Below, piece by piece: positions 14,301 through 36,490 of a stretch of DNA of 64,000 nucleotides. Under the pieces are notes generated by a model. The model was not told the DNA's origin. It was given only the letters and a program-made list of their open reading frames with translations, and made no database searches. The stretch is from Hormiphora californensis (Eukaryota > Animalia > Ctenophora), in the NCBI GenBank assembly GCA_020137815.1, contig CM035353.1, positions 8,246,001-8,310,000 on the forward strand. Reading direction: 5' to 3'. The translations under genes and the position numbers were made by a program. Numbering within the stretch: the first letter of the stretch is position 1; each line of letters begins with the position of its first letter.

Positions 14301-16379
14301 TACTCCATGAAAAAAAGCTTATTTGTTTATAAATTAACATATATTAATTCTGTACAGTTGAGAAAACCCTGGAGTTAGACGATTGGATCTCTATGGATAC
14401 CCCAGATGTAGAGGGAGCTATGTCAATCAGACAACTGAGGTTGAAGTTCAATGCTCTATATCAGCGCCGTCTCAAGACTCCCTTCTCCCAACTCACTCAG
14501 GTATAGTGAGTGTGTGGTCATGTATTGTCTGGTGCTGTAGTCTGTAGCTTAGTACCGGCCCACTATATGAAGACTTCCAATAAGCATGAAACTGCCAACT
14601 GGTATGAAGACTCCAAGAAGTCTCTCTGGGGAACCTAATTAACTGATTACACTAATTAATTAACTGATTACACTGCTATTATTAGGTGGATAGCTCAATA
14701 CTGAGGTGCATAGTGTCAGCACTGCGTCTTGAGGAGGAGCAGATGGGAATCACTCAACCAGTGGGGATAGCACAACGTCCCTTCAGGTGCAGCTGATCAA
14801 TTGTAATTGATATCTAATTGATAACTAATTAAATGACATAATTTGTTAGCAACTGCTTCAGGCAGCTCAATACATCCATCCATATCTCTCTCTCCCAGGC
14901 CATACGACCACGCCTACCACACCCGATACCACATGCCCAGTATGGTCCCCCAAACACTTCCCATTGACGAGATGATTGAGGCCCAGTGGCAGCTAAAACG
15001 GGGAGGAGGAGGAGGTGGAGGGTTTGGTGGTTATGATCATGGCGGAGGAGGACACTTTCCTCAACGTGAGTGTGATTTATATACCAAACCCTCACACAGA
15101 GTGTGATGAAATAAAATGCGGTGTGAGCTACACAAGAGTGTGATTTTTGGGGTGATGCTCTGTGTATATACAACTACTGTACAACTATATTCACTGCCAA
15201 TATTTTCAGGTGGAGGTCACACCACACTAAACCACCATCACCATCATGGTGGCAACTACCAAGAACACCACGGTGGTGCTGGACGGTTTGGCACCTTCCA
15301 ACAACAACCTGGGGATGACTTCAGAACCCGTAGTGATATCGGGGGGAGTTATGGACAGCAACAACAGCAGCCAGAGCAGCAACAGTGGAAACAGTTTACC
15401 CACCAGGCTGCCAGGTATAGTTGACATAGTTGATAGAGCTGTATGTGACCCTTTCTATAGAGGGGTTACCGTCCCTAAAGGGAGTCGTAAATCTTCCCTT
15501 TTTTAATCAAATCAAACCTTCCCTGGTTATAAAACTAAGATGTAACACATCTCACCCAGGTTCTTTATCATGAAGTGTGGTAGCCAGAGAAGTATAGACG
15601 AGTCACTACAGAGTGGGTTGTGGCAAACCAGTACCATGACAGAGAAGAAGTTGTTAGAGGCATACACTTCCTGTCAGAATGTCTACCTGATATTTAGTGT
15701 TCAAACCAGTGGACACTTCCAGGTATATTCAGACCTCGATTTACCGCAACCCCGATTTAACCATCATATTATGCGGTTTACTGAGTTATATTATCATTTA
15801 AATGTTCGTGGGAATGCGGAGATAGTTCAATATAATCAGACAGGGCATAATAAAGAGAGTATAGTTACCAACCGAGAACACTCCCCTTTGATATAGGGCT
15901 ATGCACGGATGACAGGTATAGGACCAATGGGTGGATCAAATGGAGTGGTACAGGTTGAGTGGATTAAGAGGGCAAACCTCCCCTTCCAAAGATGCCATCA
16001 CCTTCACAATCCATGGAATGAAAACAGGTACATAGCACTTCTATCTCTCATTATCTCCTCTATCTCCCTCCAAGGTACTTCCTGCATATCTCCTTCCCTC
16101 GACCCTCCCTCCATATATCACACACTCTATCCCCTATCTCCCTTCTATAGAAAAGTCCAGATAGCCAGGGATGGACAGGAGGTAGAGAGCACAATTGGAG
16201 ATAACCTTATCAGGTTGTGGGAAGACCTCAACCCATACGGAAACAGAGGTGAGACACCTGTTCCACATCCCCTTCCCTGGGAGTGTAACCCGAGTTATTG
16301 TGCATGTGACATACAGTTAGTTATGCAGGTTACATAGATCTAACCATTTCATTCTCCAGGTTACTATCGTCCCGTCTAA
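2387..16379 (+). CDS. YTHDC2: YTHDC2-like DEAH RNA helicase with ankyrin insert, HA2/OB and C-terminal YTH domain (5' part lies upstream of the window)
   Basis: Phase-consistent GT-AG exons: 2387-2530 (IIIDEVHDR), 2728-2838, 3002-3113, 3207-3383, 3598-3782, 3928-4047 (ankyrin), 4211-4309, 4444-4586 (VLVFLPS), 4864-4957, 5118-5368 (IILSTDIAETS, RAGR), 12451-12607, 12801-12944 (HA2), 13165-13312, 13411-13597, 13763-13902, 14001-14207, 14358-14500, 14686-14786 (QPVGIAQRP), 14899-15065, 15211-15414, 15560-15722 (RFFIMK, LIFSVQTSGHFQ), 15897-16027, 16151-16248 (KVQIARDGQE), 16360-16379 (TAA). Confidence 0.93.
5864..7128 (+). mobile_element. Decayed LINE-derived element carrying only a CR1/L2-type ORF1-like region and an (ATT)n tail
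   Basis: Broken ORFs 5951-6888: a coiled-coil segment, then NVIVHGL...RP...FISPDRSPEERRKLVAELR...IRGGKVV, resembling LINE ORF1. Ends in tattattattatt at ~7110-7128. No RT region seen. Confidence 0.6.
7126..7341. mobile_element. Hairpin (inverted repeat) with ~90-bp arms, part of a non-autonomous DNA element
   Basis: tttagagcaaaaactaattg...gagttga pairs with tcaactc...caattagtttttgctctaaa. Confidence 0.75.
8029..8699. mobile_element. Palindromic MITE with TTAA target-site duplication and AG termini (Kolobok-like)
   Basis: Near-perfect ~300-bp inverted arms agtaagagtggcgcgcc / ggcgcgccactcttact. TTAA at 8025-8028 and 8700-8703. Confidence 0.85.
9048..9362 (+). pseudogene. Disrupted duplicate of exon 1 of the nested lectin gene (its start lies at 5825-5863)
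   Basis: Near-identical to 10120-10402. The upstream part (ttctaacgattacttatta..ctagttatcatgatac) is at 5825-5863, separated by ~3.2 kb of inserted elements. tgatac occurs at both junctions. No exon 2 follows. Confidence 0.8.
9747..9997. repeat. Three ~63-bp CT-rich tandem units
   Basis: ctatctgcctctgactctccccc...ctacctagctccctaatccagctatgac repeated. Confidence 0.75.
10117..10932 (+). CDS. Nested secreted F-type lectin (fucolectin/F5-8C-like) domain protein; 3' end uncertain
   Basis: Signal-like MLLCILVVFATAAG. Exon 10117-10340 (AIDRDNNTYYHS, VTILNR) splices in frame to 10446 (DRILGTEV, SCGTI, YTLTC, MNIAEVWVYG). Possible donor at 10709, otherwise stop at 10932. Confidence 0.7.
12200..12373. 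mobile_element. Tc1/mariner-like MITE remnant (ccccgatttac subrepeats, ACTG-TA end)
   Basis: Repeated cc(c/t)gatttac motif ending gggtccgactgta. A related motif is at ~15733-15760. 12201-12255 is an imperfect inverted copy of 5472-5548. Confidence 0.45.
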
Positions 16380-17633
16380 GAAGAATATATCCAGAATGTG
16401 ATGAGAGGATGTTCTTATTTCTTAAGATAGGGTGTGGAAGCATCGTTTCTCATTCTGTTCAGAATTAGAGGCACTATTTAACGGATACTATAGTCTATAT
16501 TTGTTCTTGTTGTTTAGTGCTGACATTAAAGATATCATAATTCCCTTTCATAACCTACAAAACCAGTCAGATTCACATTTATTTTCAAATTACAATTTTT
16601 TAACTTTTTTAAGTACACAGAGAAGACACTTATTTTAAATAATTCTAGAAAGTCACTCGAACTTGTATCTTATTCTAATTTATGTTTTTATGTTCTTATA
16701 ATCTGTTTAAATCGTGTTTATTAATTTTCTGAAGCTCTGGGGGCGGCCAATATGACGGAGCACCACTGTGAATTAGCAATGAGCACGGCCCTCTTTTCGA
16801 CCCTCTTTCACAGACTCAGATGTCAGGTCAATTTTCTGCCCGCTTTTCTCGCGTGGAAATGAGAAAAGTTTCAGGCAAATGCTCTGACAGGAGGTCCGGA
16901 TTGACACTGTCTCGGAAAGTGATTTCCACTAACCGTCTCACATAAGGGTGTCGTGAGCGGAATGCTGACAATCATTTTGGGAGTACTTTCTACTGCGCGT
17001 GAAGTACCGCGCGTCACTACATGACATCTTCGGTAGAAAGGATTGCGCAAAATTAGCCCTCTTTCTTTGGATGACGTCTCTCACCCTCTCTCTCTATATT
17101 TATTACAGCGGGTGTATATGATGCCGTACATTATACACTGAGTCGTATAAAATGTCAGTAATTTGTTTTAATAAACCGAGCTAGCTTCAAATAAAAACTA
17201 CGAGTTTTTGGGGTTGTTTAATGAAGAAAAAGATGATAAACAAACAGGCAAATATTTTGAAAGAAAGAGAAAAATAAACAAAAATAGATATCAATGTAAA
17301 AGGCGAGGTTCGAGTTCTCAAAACGTTCGACGCAAAAAATATATAGATATTTTTAAAATGGCAGTCTTTTATTTACAAAAGTTAAACATTGTGTATTTCC
17401 CAGTAACACAGGAAAAGCTGAACGGTTAAATAAGTACAAAGTACCTCGATCAACTACACATTGTGCGTCAATGAAATAAGTACATTGTACATATAGCACT
17501 GTCAAGGGGTCCTTAAATATTTTAAACAGTAAGTGAAACACACTTCCTTCAACCTCTATCTCCCCCTACTTCTCCCCATCTACCCTCCCTTCCTCTCTCT
17601 CTCTCACATCAACGTGTCACCAAGTCCCACACA

Positions 17634-27524
<9,891 letters not shown>

Positions 27525-28050
27525 GGTGAGTGATCAGAGGAATATCATGTCAACTGCTGCTACAGAGGGAAAGATATGATTTAGGAGAGGGGGGAGGGGA
27601 AGGAAATTGCAGGAGAAAGAAGGGGGAGATACAGGAACATCTAGATGCAGAGGGAAGTTGCTATAGTTTCTAGGACCGGGGAATGAAAATGTAGCAAGAA
27701 TAAGGGGGTGTAGGGGAATAAAAAGTCAAGAGTTTTTATCACAAAACTGTAAAATCATCCAATATGTAAACAAAAACAAATTATATTACTACAGTTCAGT
27801 TGTCTAAAAAGTACAAAAATTAACAGAGACGCCACAATATATAACAGTCTCTGTGTGATATGAAGTCTGCAGTCTCTAAATCATGATAACTCTAAACTTC
27901 TTACTGGGAATCAAAGACAGCTGTTGGTGACGCAATCACTTCTTCGCGGGCTTCCTTTACTACGTCCGGATGCTAGCGTAGGGGTGACTGCGTCACAATC
28001 GTTACACACCAACAGTTATCACAATTTGGTTTTTATCAAATAATAAGAGT

Positions 28051-30948
28051 TCAAACAAAATCAAATCCCTCAGCTCCATATTTTATAGCCACCTTTAACA
28101 TGGTATGAAGTGTCTCCTTACTCTTGTAACTAGGCAACTTGAGAAGGTTGAAACAAGTGCTGGCAGTGGGCAGTTTCCCTGTATCATGCATTTTACTGAT
28201 GGTGAAGGGTACTATCTCCCCACTACCCTGCAGACCTGCAAACCCTCCTAATGGAACTTTAGAGCTACCCGTAGTGAACTGGAGTAAGAGGGCCCTGTTC
28301 TCGGGTGGAAACTCCTGAACTACCTCCCAGAACCATCCAATAACCTGATCAGTAGGGTCATAGTTTTGGTAACAAGTGTTCATTTGCCAGTCCTCTGGAT
28401 CAATGTGAGGTATTCCGCACATCAGGAGCTCCAACTCATTCTCACTAAAGATAGCCACCAGAGAGGCCGGTATTATGGTATTGAACCCCTCCAGAAAACT
28501 GTTTATCTGTGGTCTTATCCCACTTGTCATTTTGTATTCAGTAACCAGCTCTACATACTCTGCCTTGTTGTGCTCTGTTACTGCTATAGAGGCGCCACCC
28601 TGCTTCAACTCTACAACCCTGTTCTCCCCCAGCACCACCTGATCCTCACTAAAGGTCAGACCGAGATCTTGCTCGAACTCAGAGATATCATTGTCTAGGA
28701 GCCACTGGAGCGAGTTAGCATACCCAGGGTCGATGGATTGGACGTCAGTGTAATCTGAGGGAATACCCAGGATGTGCTTGTAGAATGATTTAGTGAAGTG
28801 GATGTTGATAACGTTGTGATGGTAGAGGGACAACCCCATGATTATACCTGCAAACCTGAGGAGGGGGAAGAGTGGGTTAGAAGGGGAGACCGGGGATGGT
28901 CAGGGAGGGTCTGGGGAATCTTAAATAAATGAAAGTTTCTCCCATTCGCCCACGCTAAGGGTGCGAGTAGATATAACAACAGAAAAGTGTCACTGTTAGT
29001 TTTACCTAAAGTAGCTAAGGTGATCCTCCTGAACATCAGAAATATGGGACGGCTGAAAGGTCATACCATCATTAGAGTGTGTGAACAGGGCATAATCCTC
29101 ATTTAGCATTTCATTGGTTAGAATATTGAACCACTCCCTCCGTACGCCCGCACCAATACCCTGGTCGCCCTCGAACGAGATCACAAAGTTCTTCCTCAGG
29201 TCCTCCACATTAGTACTGTTGATCTGAGAGCACGACGAGTTAAATACATCGTCCCTTTTGATTGTTATCTTGGTATCCTCATGTTGTGCTGTTGGGTCGT
29301 GAGCTGTCTCACTGTACAAATTGTCATAAAACCACTTTTTCCGGAGCGCTAGATCTTTTTGGTAGACGACACGTCGGATGCCGTTAAATTGTTTCATGAA
29401 GATGGGAGATTCAAGGAAGAATTTCAGTTGGTTAAAGATGAAGAAGGAGTTGTGAGCTAGGAAAACCTTGAAAACATCGGAGTACCGACTGACAAAGTCT
29501 TCAAAAATAGTCGTTAGGAAGGTATCACGGGACCAGAGATGATACCCTTCAATAACTGTGCAGAGGTTTTCAGAGAAGTTGTCCATACAACACACATCAC
29601 CATTGAAGGTGTCATTCAGGAAGAGATGCCCAGCACGGAGATCAGACTCAGAATTGGAGGCAAGCAGCTCAGACAAAGACATATCAGATCGTCTCTTGGT
29701 GATGATTTCCTCTCGTAATTTCTTCATCCACGCATCCAACAAGTTCCAAACCTCATCCACACTATTCAGTATGATTGGACTCTCAAAGAAGTTATTGTAT
29801 TCAAACTTCCTTGTGAGGCTGTTGTAGGTGGGGGTGGTAGGTGGAGAGACTGTCCGGGGTGGACTGTGTTGGCGCATACTACTCGTACTAGCAATACTAG
29901 GACTCCTCCCACAATGAGACACAATAAGAGATACCTCATCTAACATGCTCATGTGTTTCAGCGCCTTGACGAGGCTGATGAACGCTTTGGGCGTCTCAGT
30001 GGTAACACAATTAGATGCCATCACCTCTTTACCAGTGTTGATGGTGAGAGAGACAAGAGTCTCCCAGATCCGCAGCACTAGGGACCGTTTCCGGGTGCAA
30101 ATGTGTTGAATACAATCAATGACATATCTGTAGTTGATCTTGTCGGGCATGCGGAGTATCTCAATCAGGTTACACAGCTGGGTAGGGTGGGACTGGGTGA
30201 GAGAGTAGACACACTCCAAATACCGATTTGAAACGAGAATCTGTAGAACTGATAAACCCTCATTGTTCTTGGATGACACATTGCCACCATACGAGAGGAG
30301 GAGTTTTAGGGCTTGAAGATGTCCCTCCTTAGCGGCTAAAATTAACGGGGTATGACCATCACTGTTCCTATCGTTGATCTGGGCCCCATGATCAACCAGA
30401 TATTCCACTGTCTTGTAGTGACCATGTGTGGCAGCAAAGTGTAGGGGTGTCTGGTCCAGTTTGTCCTTAATATTCAGTTCGATGTTTCGTGATAACAGGT
30501 CAGCCAGTATCTCATTCCTCCCACTAAGAGCGGCCCAATGAACTGAGGTTAGCCCTTCGTTATCAGGAACGGTAGCATCTGCACCCTTGTTAAGAAGCAG
30601 CCGGATGCAATCTTTGAAACCATTCCTAGCTGCAAAATGGATAGGTACAACACCATTGCTATCCACCTGATTGGGGTTTGCTCCTGCGTTCAGCAGCACA
30701 GAGACACATTCGGCAGTGCCGATATTCGCAGCCATGTGGAGAAGAGTCCTCTTTATTTTAGGTAGCACTGTGTCAATATTGAACCAGGGACTGTTAGAGA
30801 TCAGCTCGTTGACTTTGCGATGCTCCTTCTGTAGTACCATAGGAAGGAGCATGTTTAGGGCAGCCGAGTTATCGCGGGGTAGCTGGATGGAGTGCCCTAT
30901 CTTGAGTGTCCTGAAGACACTGAATAGTGTTCGGTCCATACGATCCAT
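28051..30948 (-). CDS. HACE1: HACE1 ankyrin-HECT E3 ubiquitin ligase (2 coding exons)
   Basis: Exons 29006-30948 and 28051-28855. HACE1-type N-terminus (LPRDNSAALNMLLPMV, KRTLLHMAAN), ankyrin repeats, and HECT with catalytic LPTASTCFNLLKLP. Confidence 0.93.
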
Positions 30949-31504
30949 CCGATGCAAGCCGTGGATTCATGGAGAATATCTCAAGATTCCCATGTAGAGA
31001 ACGAGTTCATAAAACCTATAAAAATAATCGTACATAGGTTAGAGCGATTAGGGATTGGGAATGGAATATGGACCACAAAAAATATAGGGCGACTACAATT
31101 TAATTCCACTATGTTATCGCGAAACATTTTTCAGAGGAGGAGGTTCTGTTACAAACTCCCTGGGCCAGCCACTTCCCTGCCTCAAACTAAACACCCGCAC
31201 TGTGCACACATTCTTCCTCCACCTTAAACTCAAATAATCAAACATGAGCATCATCTAAAATGTTCAGGTCTGAATATATGACCTGTTGACAGCTCAAAAA
31301 AGCTTAACCCTCAACTCTTACGCACTGCAAAACTTAACAACTCCGATCACGAGTGCAGGTTTCAGCTGTGATCGGTCAAAGTAGGTCATGTTATGCAGAG
31401 TCCTGGACACTTCCAAGAGTGCTGGGTCCACCTAAAAACGACATGGAACAAAAAAAGTTGGATTTTTTAATTTTTTTCTGGAAAACTTTTGAGAAAACCA
31501 AATA

Positions 31505-31885
31505 AAGTCGGATTTTTTGAAACTGTCACCCCCCTAGAGTTTTCAAATTTCTTTAAATGACCATAAGTCCGGTTCCTGATGAGATAGAGACTTGAAATTT
31601 GGAAGTTACGAAGATCTTGCTAAGTTCTTCCGAACCTCCAAATTTCAAGTCTCTATCTTATCAGGAACCGGAGATATGACAAATTTTTTATTTCAGGGGG
31701 GTGACAGTTTCAAAAAATCCGAGTATAAAGGCGGATTTTTTGAAACTGTCACCCCAAAATGACCGCGCATGTGAAATTAATCCATTTTGACGCGCATACC
31801 ACACGTTAACATGTGATGTGACGCGCAAAAACATTCCGCGCACGAAAAGGGGGGTGACAGTTTCAAAAAATCCGACTTTATATAA
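31505..31885. mobile_element. Non-autonomous DNA-element remnant with an internal hairpin and repeated cggattttttgaaactgtcacccc motifs in both orientations
   Basis: Hairpin 31568-31673 (tccggttcctgat...atcaggaaccgga). Motif copies at ~31509, 31697, 31732 and 31851. Confidence 0.6.
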
Positions 31886-32710
31886 AAATCTGGATGATGA
31901 CATGACGATTTGCGCGGCGCGGCGGTCATCCGACAGAAACGCGCATCACAGGATGCAGTGCACTCTGGTTTTTGCCATGTGCGACGCTTGTCATCATTTC
32001 CAGGAATTGGAGCATGGATAGAATGTGGGCGCGCACTTTTCTGCTGACCATGCACACTTTCCATAGTTTGTCTGTTCGCGCGCGGTCCTCTCTCTGGAAA
32101 GTGAAGGAGCGATCCTTTAAAACAGCTTTAAAAACACTCGCTGATTGGAGTGTAGTTGCGAAATGTAATTAGTTTCCATAACAATGCGAGCACTGCTGCC
32201 GATTGAGATGATAAAATGATAAAAACCTTCGTTTGTACAACATAACTTTACACCTTTACTTGATAGGGTCAACTGGTGGTACTACAAAGGTGGTACTACA
32301 AAGGTTTTCATCATTTTATCATCAGCCACAGGGTACTAAACCGTACAAAGCAACTTCGGACAAAGCTGTTTATTGTATTGGCTGTCACATATCAGTAATG
32401 ATTTGTTTTAATTTGACTTTGAGCAAGGAAAAAACACAACTGATTTGCACAAATAGAAGTCATATAAGAGATTAAAGCATAGAATGCATTGTAAGACGTG
32501 ACGTCATAAATAATCAGCATGTTAAAATATGTTATAACGTTTAAAAACTTCTGCTCCTCCTTCTTGAACTTGACAACTTATAAAGTTGCAAAAACACTCC
32601 CTTCTACTCAATTGTGCCCATTTAAAAAACGGGAAACCAGCCCCTTTGTCCCAGAATCTATACTATGTAATATGGAACTAACCCTACCAATATCAGTCAT
32701 TCAGCCCCAG

Positions 32711-33593
32711 TTATACGCACTTCCTCTGTTCCCAGGGGCTGCACGTACAGTGCTTGTCATGCTCCGTCAACTGCCCATCTCGGAAATATGGCACCAAAGT
32801 TTTGTCCCTGATAAATATACTCCTCTTCCAATGTCTAGGCCCTGGTTTTACCACAATGGAACTCAAACTGGTTGGGGGTCATCCAACTGCTACCGTAGTA
32901 GATACACCGTCCCCTGGACCCCCTACAGAGTTGTTTGGGGTACAAGACACCTTCCTCTCCATTGCAGGAAACCGTTATGGGGGATGTTATTGGGGAGGAA
33001 TTAGAAGGAGGGGGTTGGGGTTTCTCAGTTGGAGGGGGGATGTCCATGTGGACTAGTGGTGGTTGCCTCCTAGAGGGTGGTGGTGCTTGTTGTTGGGCAT
33101 TCGTTGGGGTGCCGCCTCGTGGGGTGCCTGATATTTGGAAGGGTATAGCAACATGGTAACCTGGGGAGCTAGGTCGAGGGTTCAAGGGCTGACCGTGATA
33201 GTAGACCACTTTGGGTTTGAGGGGCGGGATATAGGGTAGACACGAGTTTATCTCCTCTGCTAGGTCTAACACTTCCTCAGGTATGGCAGGGATATCACCC
33301 CGTGATTTGGGTGCTGCTGTTTCCTCAGAATACTCGTTATATATCTCGAACAGTGACTGGTGGTTTGTCCCGTGGAGGTAGTTCTCAACCAGTATCTGGT
33401 CTGGTGTTAGGAGTTCTGTATAGGATTGCTGTTCTGTTACACATGCACATGAAGAGCTGCATGGTTTGAGCTGGGGTACTGGGCGGGGTGAAGGTGGGTC
33501 TGGTTCATGGAAGAGGGGGGATGAGAGGACATCAAGACATTCTGAGTAGGTGAGGAGATCAAAGTGACGGAGACGATTCACTACTTCAGTCAT
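32711..33593 (-). CDS. SAND-domain protein (DEAF1/GMEB-like) with an internal +1 frameshift at 32835-32837
   Basis: ITVSCNGEEGVLY..GSRGRCI..WMTPNQFEFHCGKTRA* continues in the +1 frame as RHWKRSIFIRDKTL..HDKHCTC, with TAA at 32711. Confidence 0.8.
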
Positions 33594-34086
33594 TGTACAT
33601 TGCTGGGCGCTAGAAGGGAAATGTAGTTAGTACAGGTACAGATTGGTACAGTGGTTATGGGGTGGGATATGGGATGGTCAGAAAAGGGAAATAGAAGGAT
33701 AAGGAGGAGCACATGGAAAGGATGGGGGTCAAAGTCAATAAAACAACAGAGCTGTAAACCCCAAGGTAGTCATGTTGACAAAAAGTGTCACATAATAATT
33801 TAAATAAAACCCCAATAAAAACAGACGTCAGAACTAGATCGAGCCTCGTTTACAATGTTGATTGTAAAACAAAACAACTCAAGTCAGAGTGGGAGGGTGA
33901 GCTTTCCAGAGCTCCCAGACAATAAATAACGGGGGGGGGGGGGGGGGGCACGTGCTCGCTTACTGTTCTTCTAGTGCAAGAGGGTGACCTCTCCAATCAT
34001 CATTAGTCTTCATTACTTCTCTCTTTCATCTCCAATCAACTCTCTTTTATCAACCACTCTCTCTCTCTCTCTCACCAATCTTGTCT

Positions 34087-34220
<134 letters not shown>

Positions 34221-34384
34221 AATCTTCCCTCTCGCTCGCTCTCTTTTACCGAATAGCAACCTTCTAGTTCTTTTTGTTCGTATCTGACAAAACATATTGC
34301 ACCCTTTCTTATTAAATTGAATGACAATATATAGTTGTTCTTCTCTATCTCAGAGGGCTCAAAGTGTGAACATGCACAGCAATT

Positions 34385-34432
<48 letters not shown>

Positions 34433-35999
34433 AAAAAGAGAGAGAGAGAAAAGGGGGAGAGCGAAAAAAAAAAAAATTTTTTTTTCCCCCCCCGGGGGCC
34501 CCCCCCCTCCCCCCCCCCCCCCCTTTTTTTTTTCCCCCCCGGGGGCCCCTCTTACCCTTTTCCCCCTGGGGGGATTTTTTTTTTTTTTCCCGGGGGTTTT
34601 TCCCCCCTTTTTTTCAAGGGGGGGAAAAAGGCTTCGCGGGGTTAAGGGGGATCTTGGTTCTTTCTTGGAAAAACGGAAAAAACTTTTAAAAATATATGGC
34701 ATGCATTTAGTATTGAAAAAATATTTAAATCATATCATCGACTATCTCAGGGAGGAAGAGAGAAAGAGGAAGTAGAAACGAAAAAAGTTTTTGGGTATCG
34801 GAGAGCGAAAAGCTCCTTGCCTCTTTTCCCTTTTCCCTTCCCTTCTTTCGTTTTTTCCCCTTTTTTGTTTCCTCCCCCGGGTGCTCCCCTTTCCCCCTTT
34901 TCTCTCGTTCCCTTCCTTTCCCTCCTCTTTTCCTTCAGCTTTCCCTTTTCTTCCCTTCCTTTTTCAGAACAGCAGAAAGAAAACAAAAGACAAAACGACG
35001 ACAGCGACTTTTAAAAGAAGGTGTTTGAAGTTTTTTCATTTTCGGCCAGGTTGCTACGCGAGTAGAGACATGAGACGACTATGAAGAAAAAGGAGAACCG
35101 TAAAACTCTCTAAAAAACTAAACCAAGGAGTCCGGGGATCTAAGACAAGACATTAAAACCTTTGTCTGGAGCTGGTTGGATTTTTAAAATTTAAGAATAG
35201 AAAAAGGGGGTTGGGTTTGGGGTTTTTGGGGGGTGGGTCTTATTTTCTTTTTTTTTTTTTCCCCCCCCCCCCCCCCCTTTTTTCCCCCTTCCCCCCCCCC
35301 CCAAAATCCCCTTGGTTTGTTCTTGCTTTTTTTTTCCTTTTTCATAAAAACATTTCACCATTTATTTTACCCTTTTTTTGCCCTTCTTTAAACAGTCCGG
35401 GGTGGGCAAAAATGCCCAGACCAGCACGGCTCTACCCGCTAAAACTCTTTTAAAAAAAAAAGAGAGAACACGTAAACTCTCTAACATCACAAAGGGGTCC
35501 TTTTAATTCCATCGTATAAAGGGGTATCTTTTGCCAACAAGGCTTTAATTTGTCACGCCTGGTGCCCTTGAGTGAATAATTTTAAATTGAGATAAGGGGA
35601 TAGATATATAAATATTATATATTTTTAAGAGGAGAGGGAGGAGAGAGGGGGAGAGGAGGGAGGGCGAGGAGGAGAGAGGAGGATGCAAACGTTTTTACAC
35701 AAAAAAAACGGGAAGCATCAGATCGGTCTCCCAAGCAGCGCTAATTGGTTCAAAACCCCTATTATTGCCCGCGGGGGGGAAATTTCATTACCAACTGTCT
35801 ACAAAACCTTTTCATGACGTTTTTTGGTTTTTTTTATTACGTTGATCCACAAAAAAAAATTTCTTTTTTTTTTTTTTTGGGTTTTTCCAAAATTTTTGTT
35901 TTTTTTTTCATTTCAAAGAAGAGAAAGTGAGGGGAAGGCCCCCAAACTTTTAATTCAATTTTAAATTTTCTTTTTTAAAAAAACTCTTTCTACTACATA

Positions 36000-36490
36000 C
36001 ACCTAGATGCATCTAAGACTGGTTACCCTCCTTGGATTACTTCTAGTGACCCTGGTCACAGCAACCTCCAGGTCTTATCCCGTCCCTTTCTCGAATGCCC
36101 AATCTCTTCCACAATAATAAAGAAGGGGTCAAAAGGGGAAACGATGGACTTACCTTCTCACTCCAACTGTAACAGTCAAGGACAGGAGATATGGTTGAAA
36201 TTGTGGCTGAGATGGCCTCTTTATTGACCCCTTCGTTATTATCTACTCATCTTGATGAAGAAATTAGTTATTACCGGATTTAAAGGGAAAAGGGTGTATT
36301 AGAAATGTTATCATTGGAAATGAAGTCCTGTGCGGTATCTTGACCCTGGGAAGTGTTACAGCATCCCATAAAATCGAGTGTAGTGAAGTGCACGAGGTTA
36401 GATCGATCGTGATGAGACTACAAAAGAGTGGACCTGCGTGTATTACCCTGTTCGAGATCGAAGCATTTGGAGTATATGATACTTACTGTA
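36000..36490 (+). pseudogene. F-type-lectin-like coding remnant in low-quality sequence
   Basis: CGILTLGS..KIECSE..ITLFEIEAFG resembles the C-terminal half of an F-lectin domain. The upstream part is frameshifted. Confidence 0.4.
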
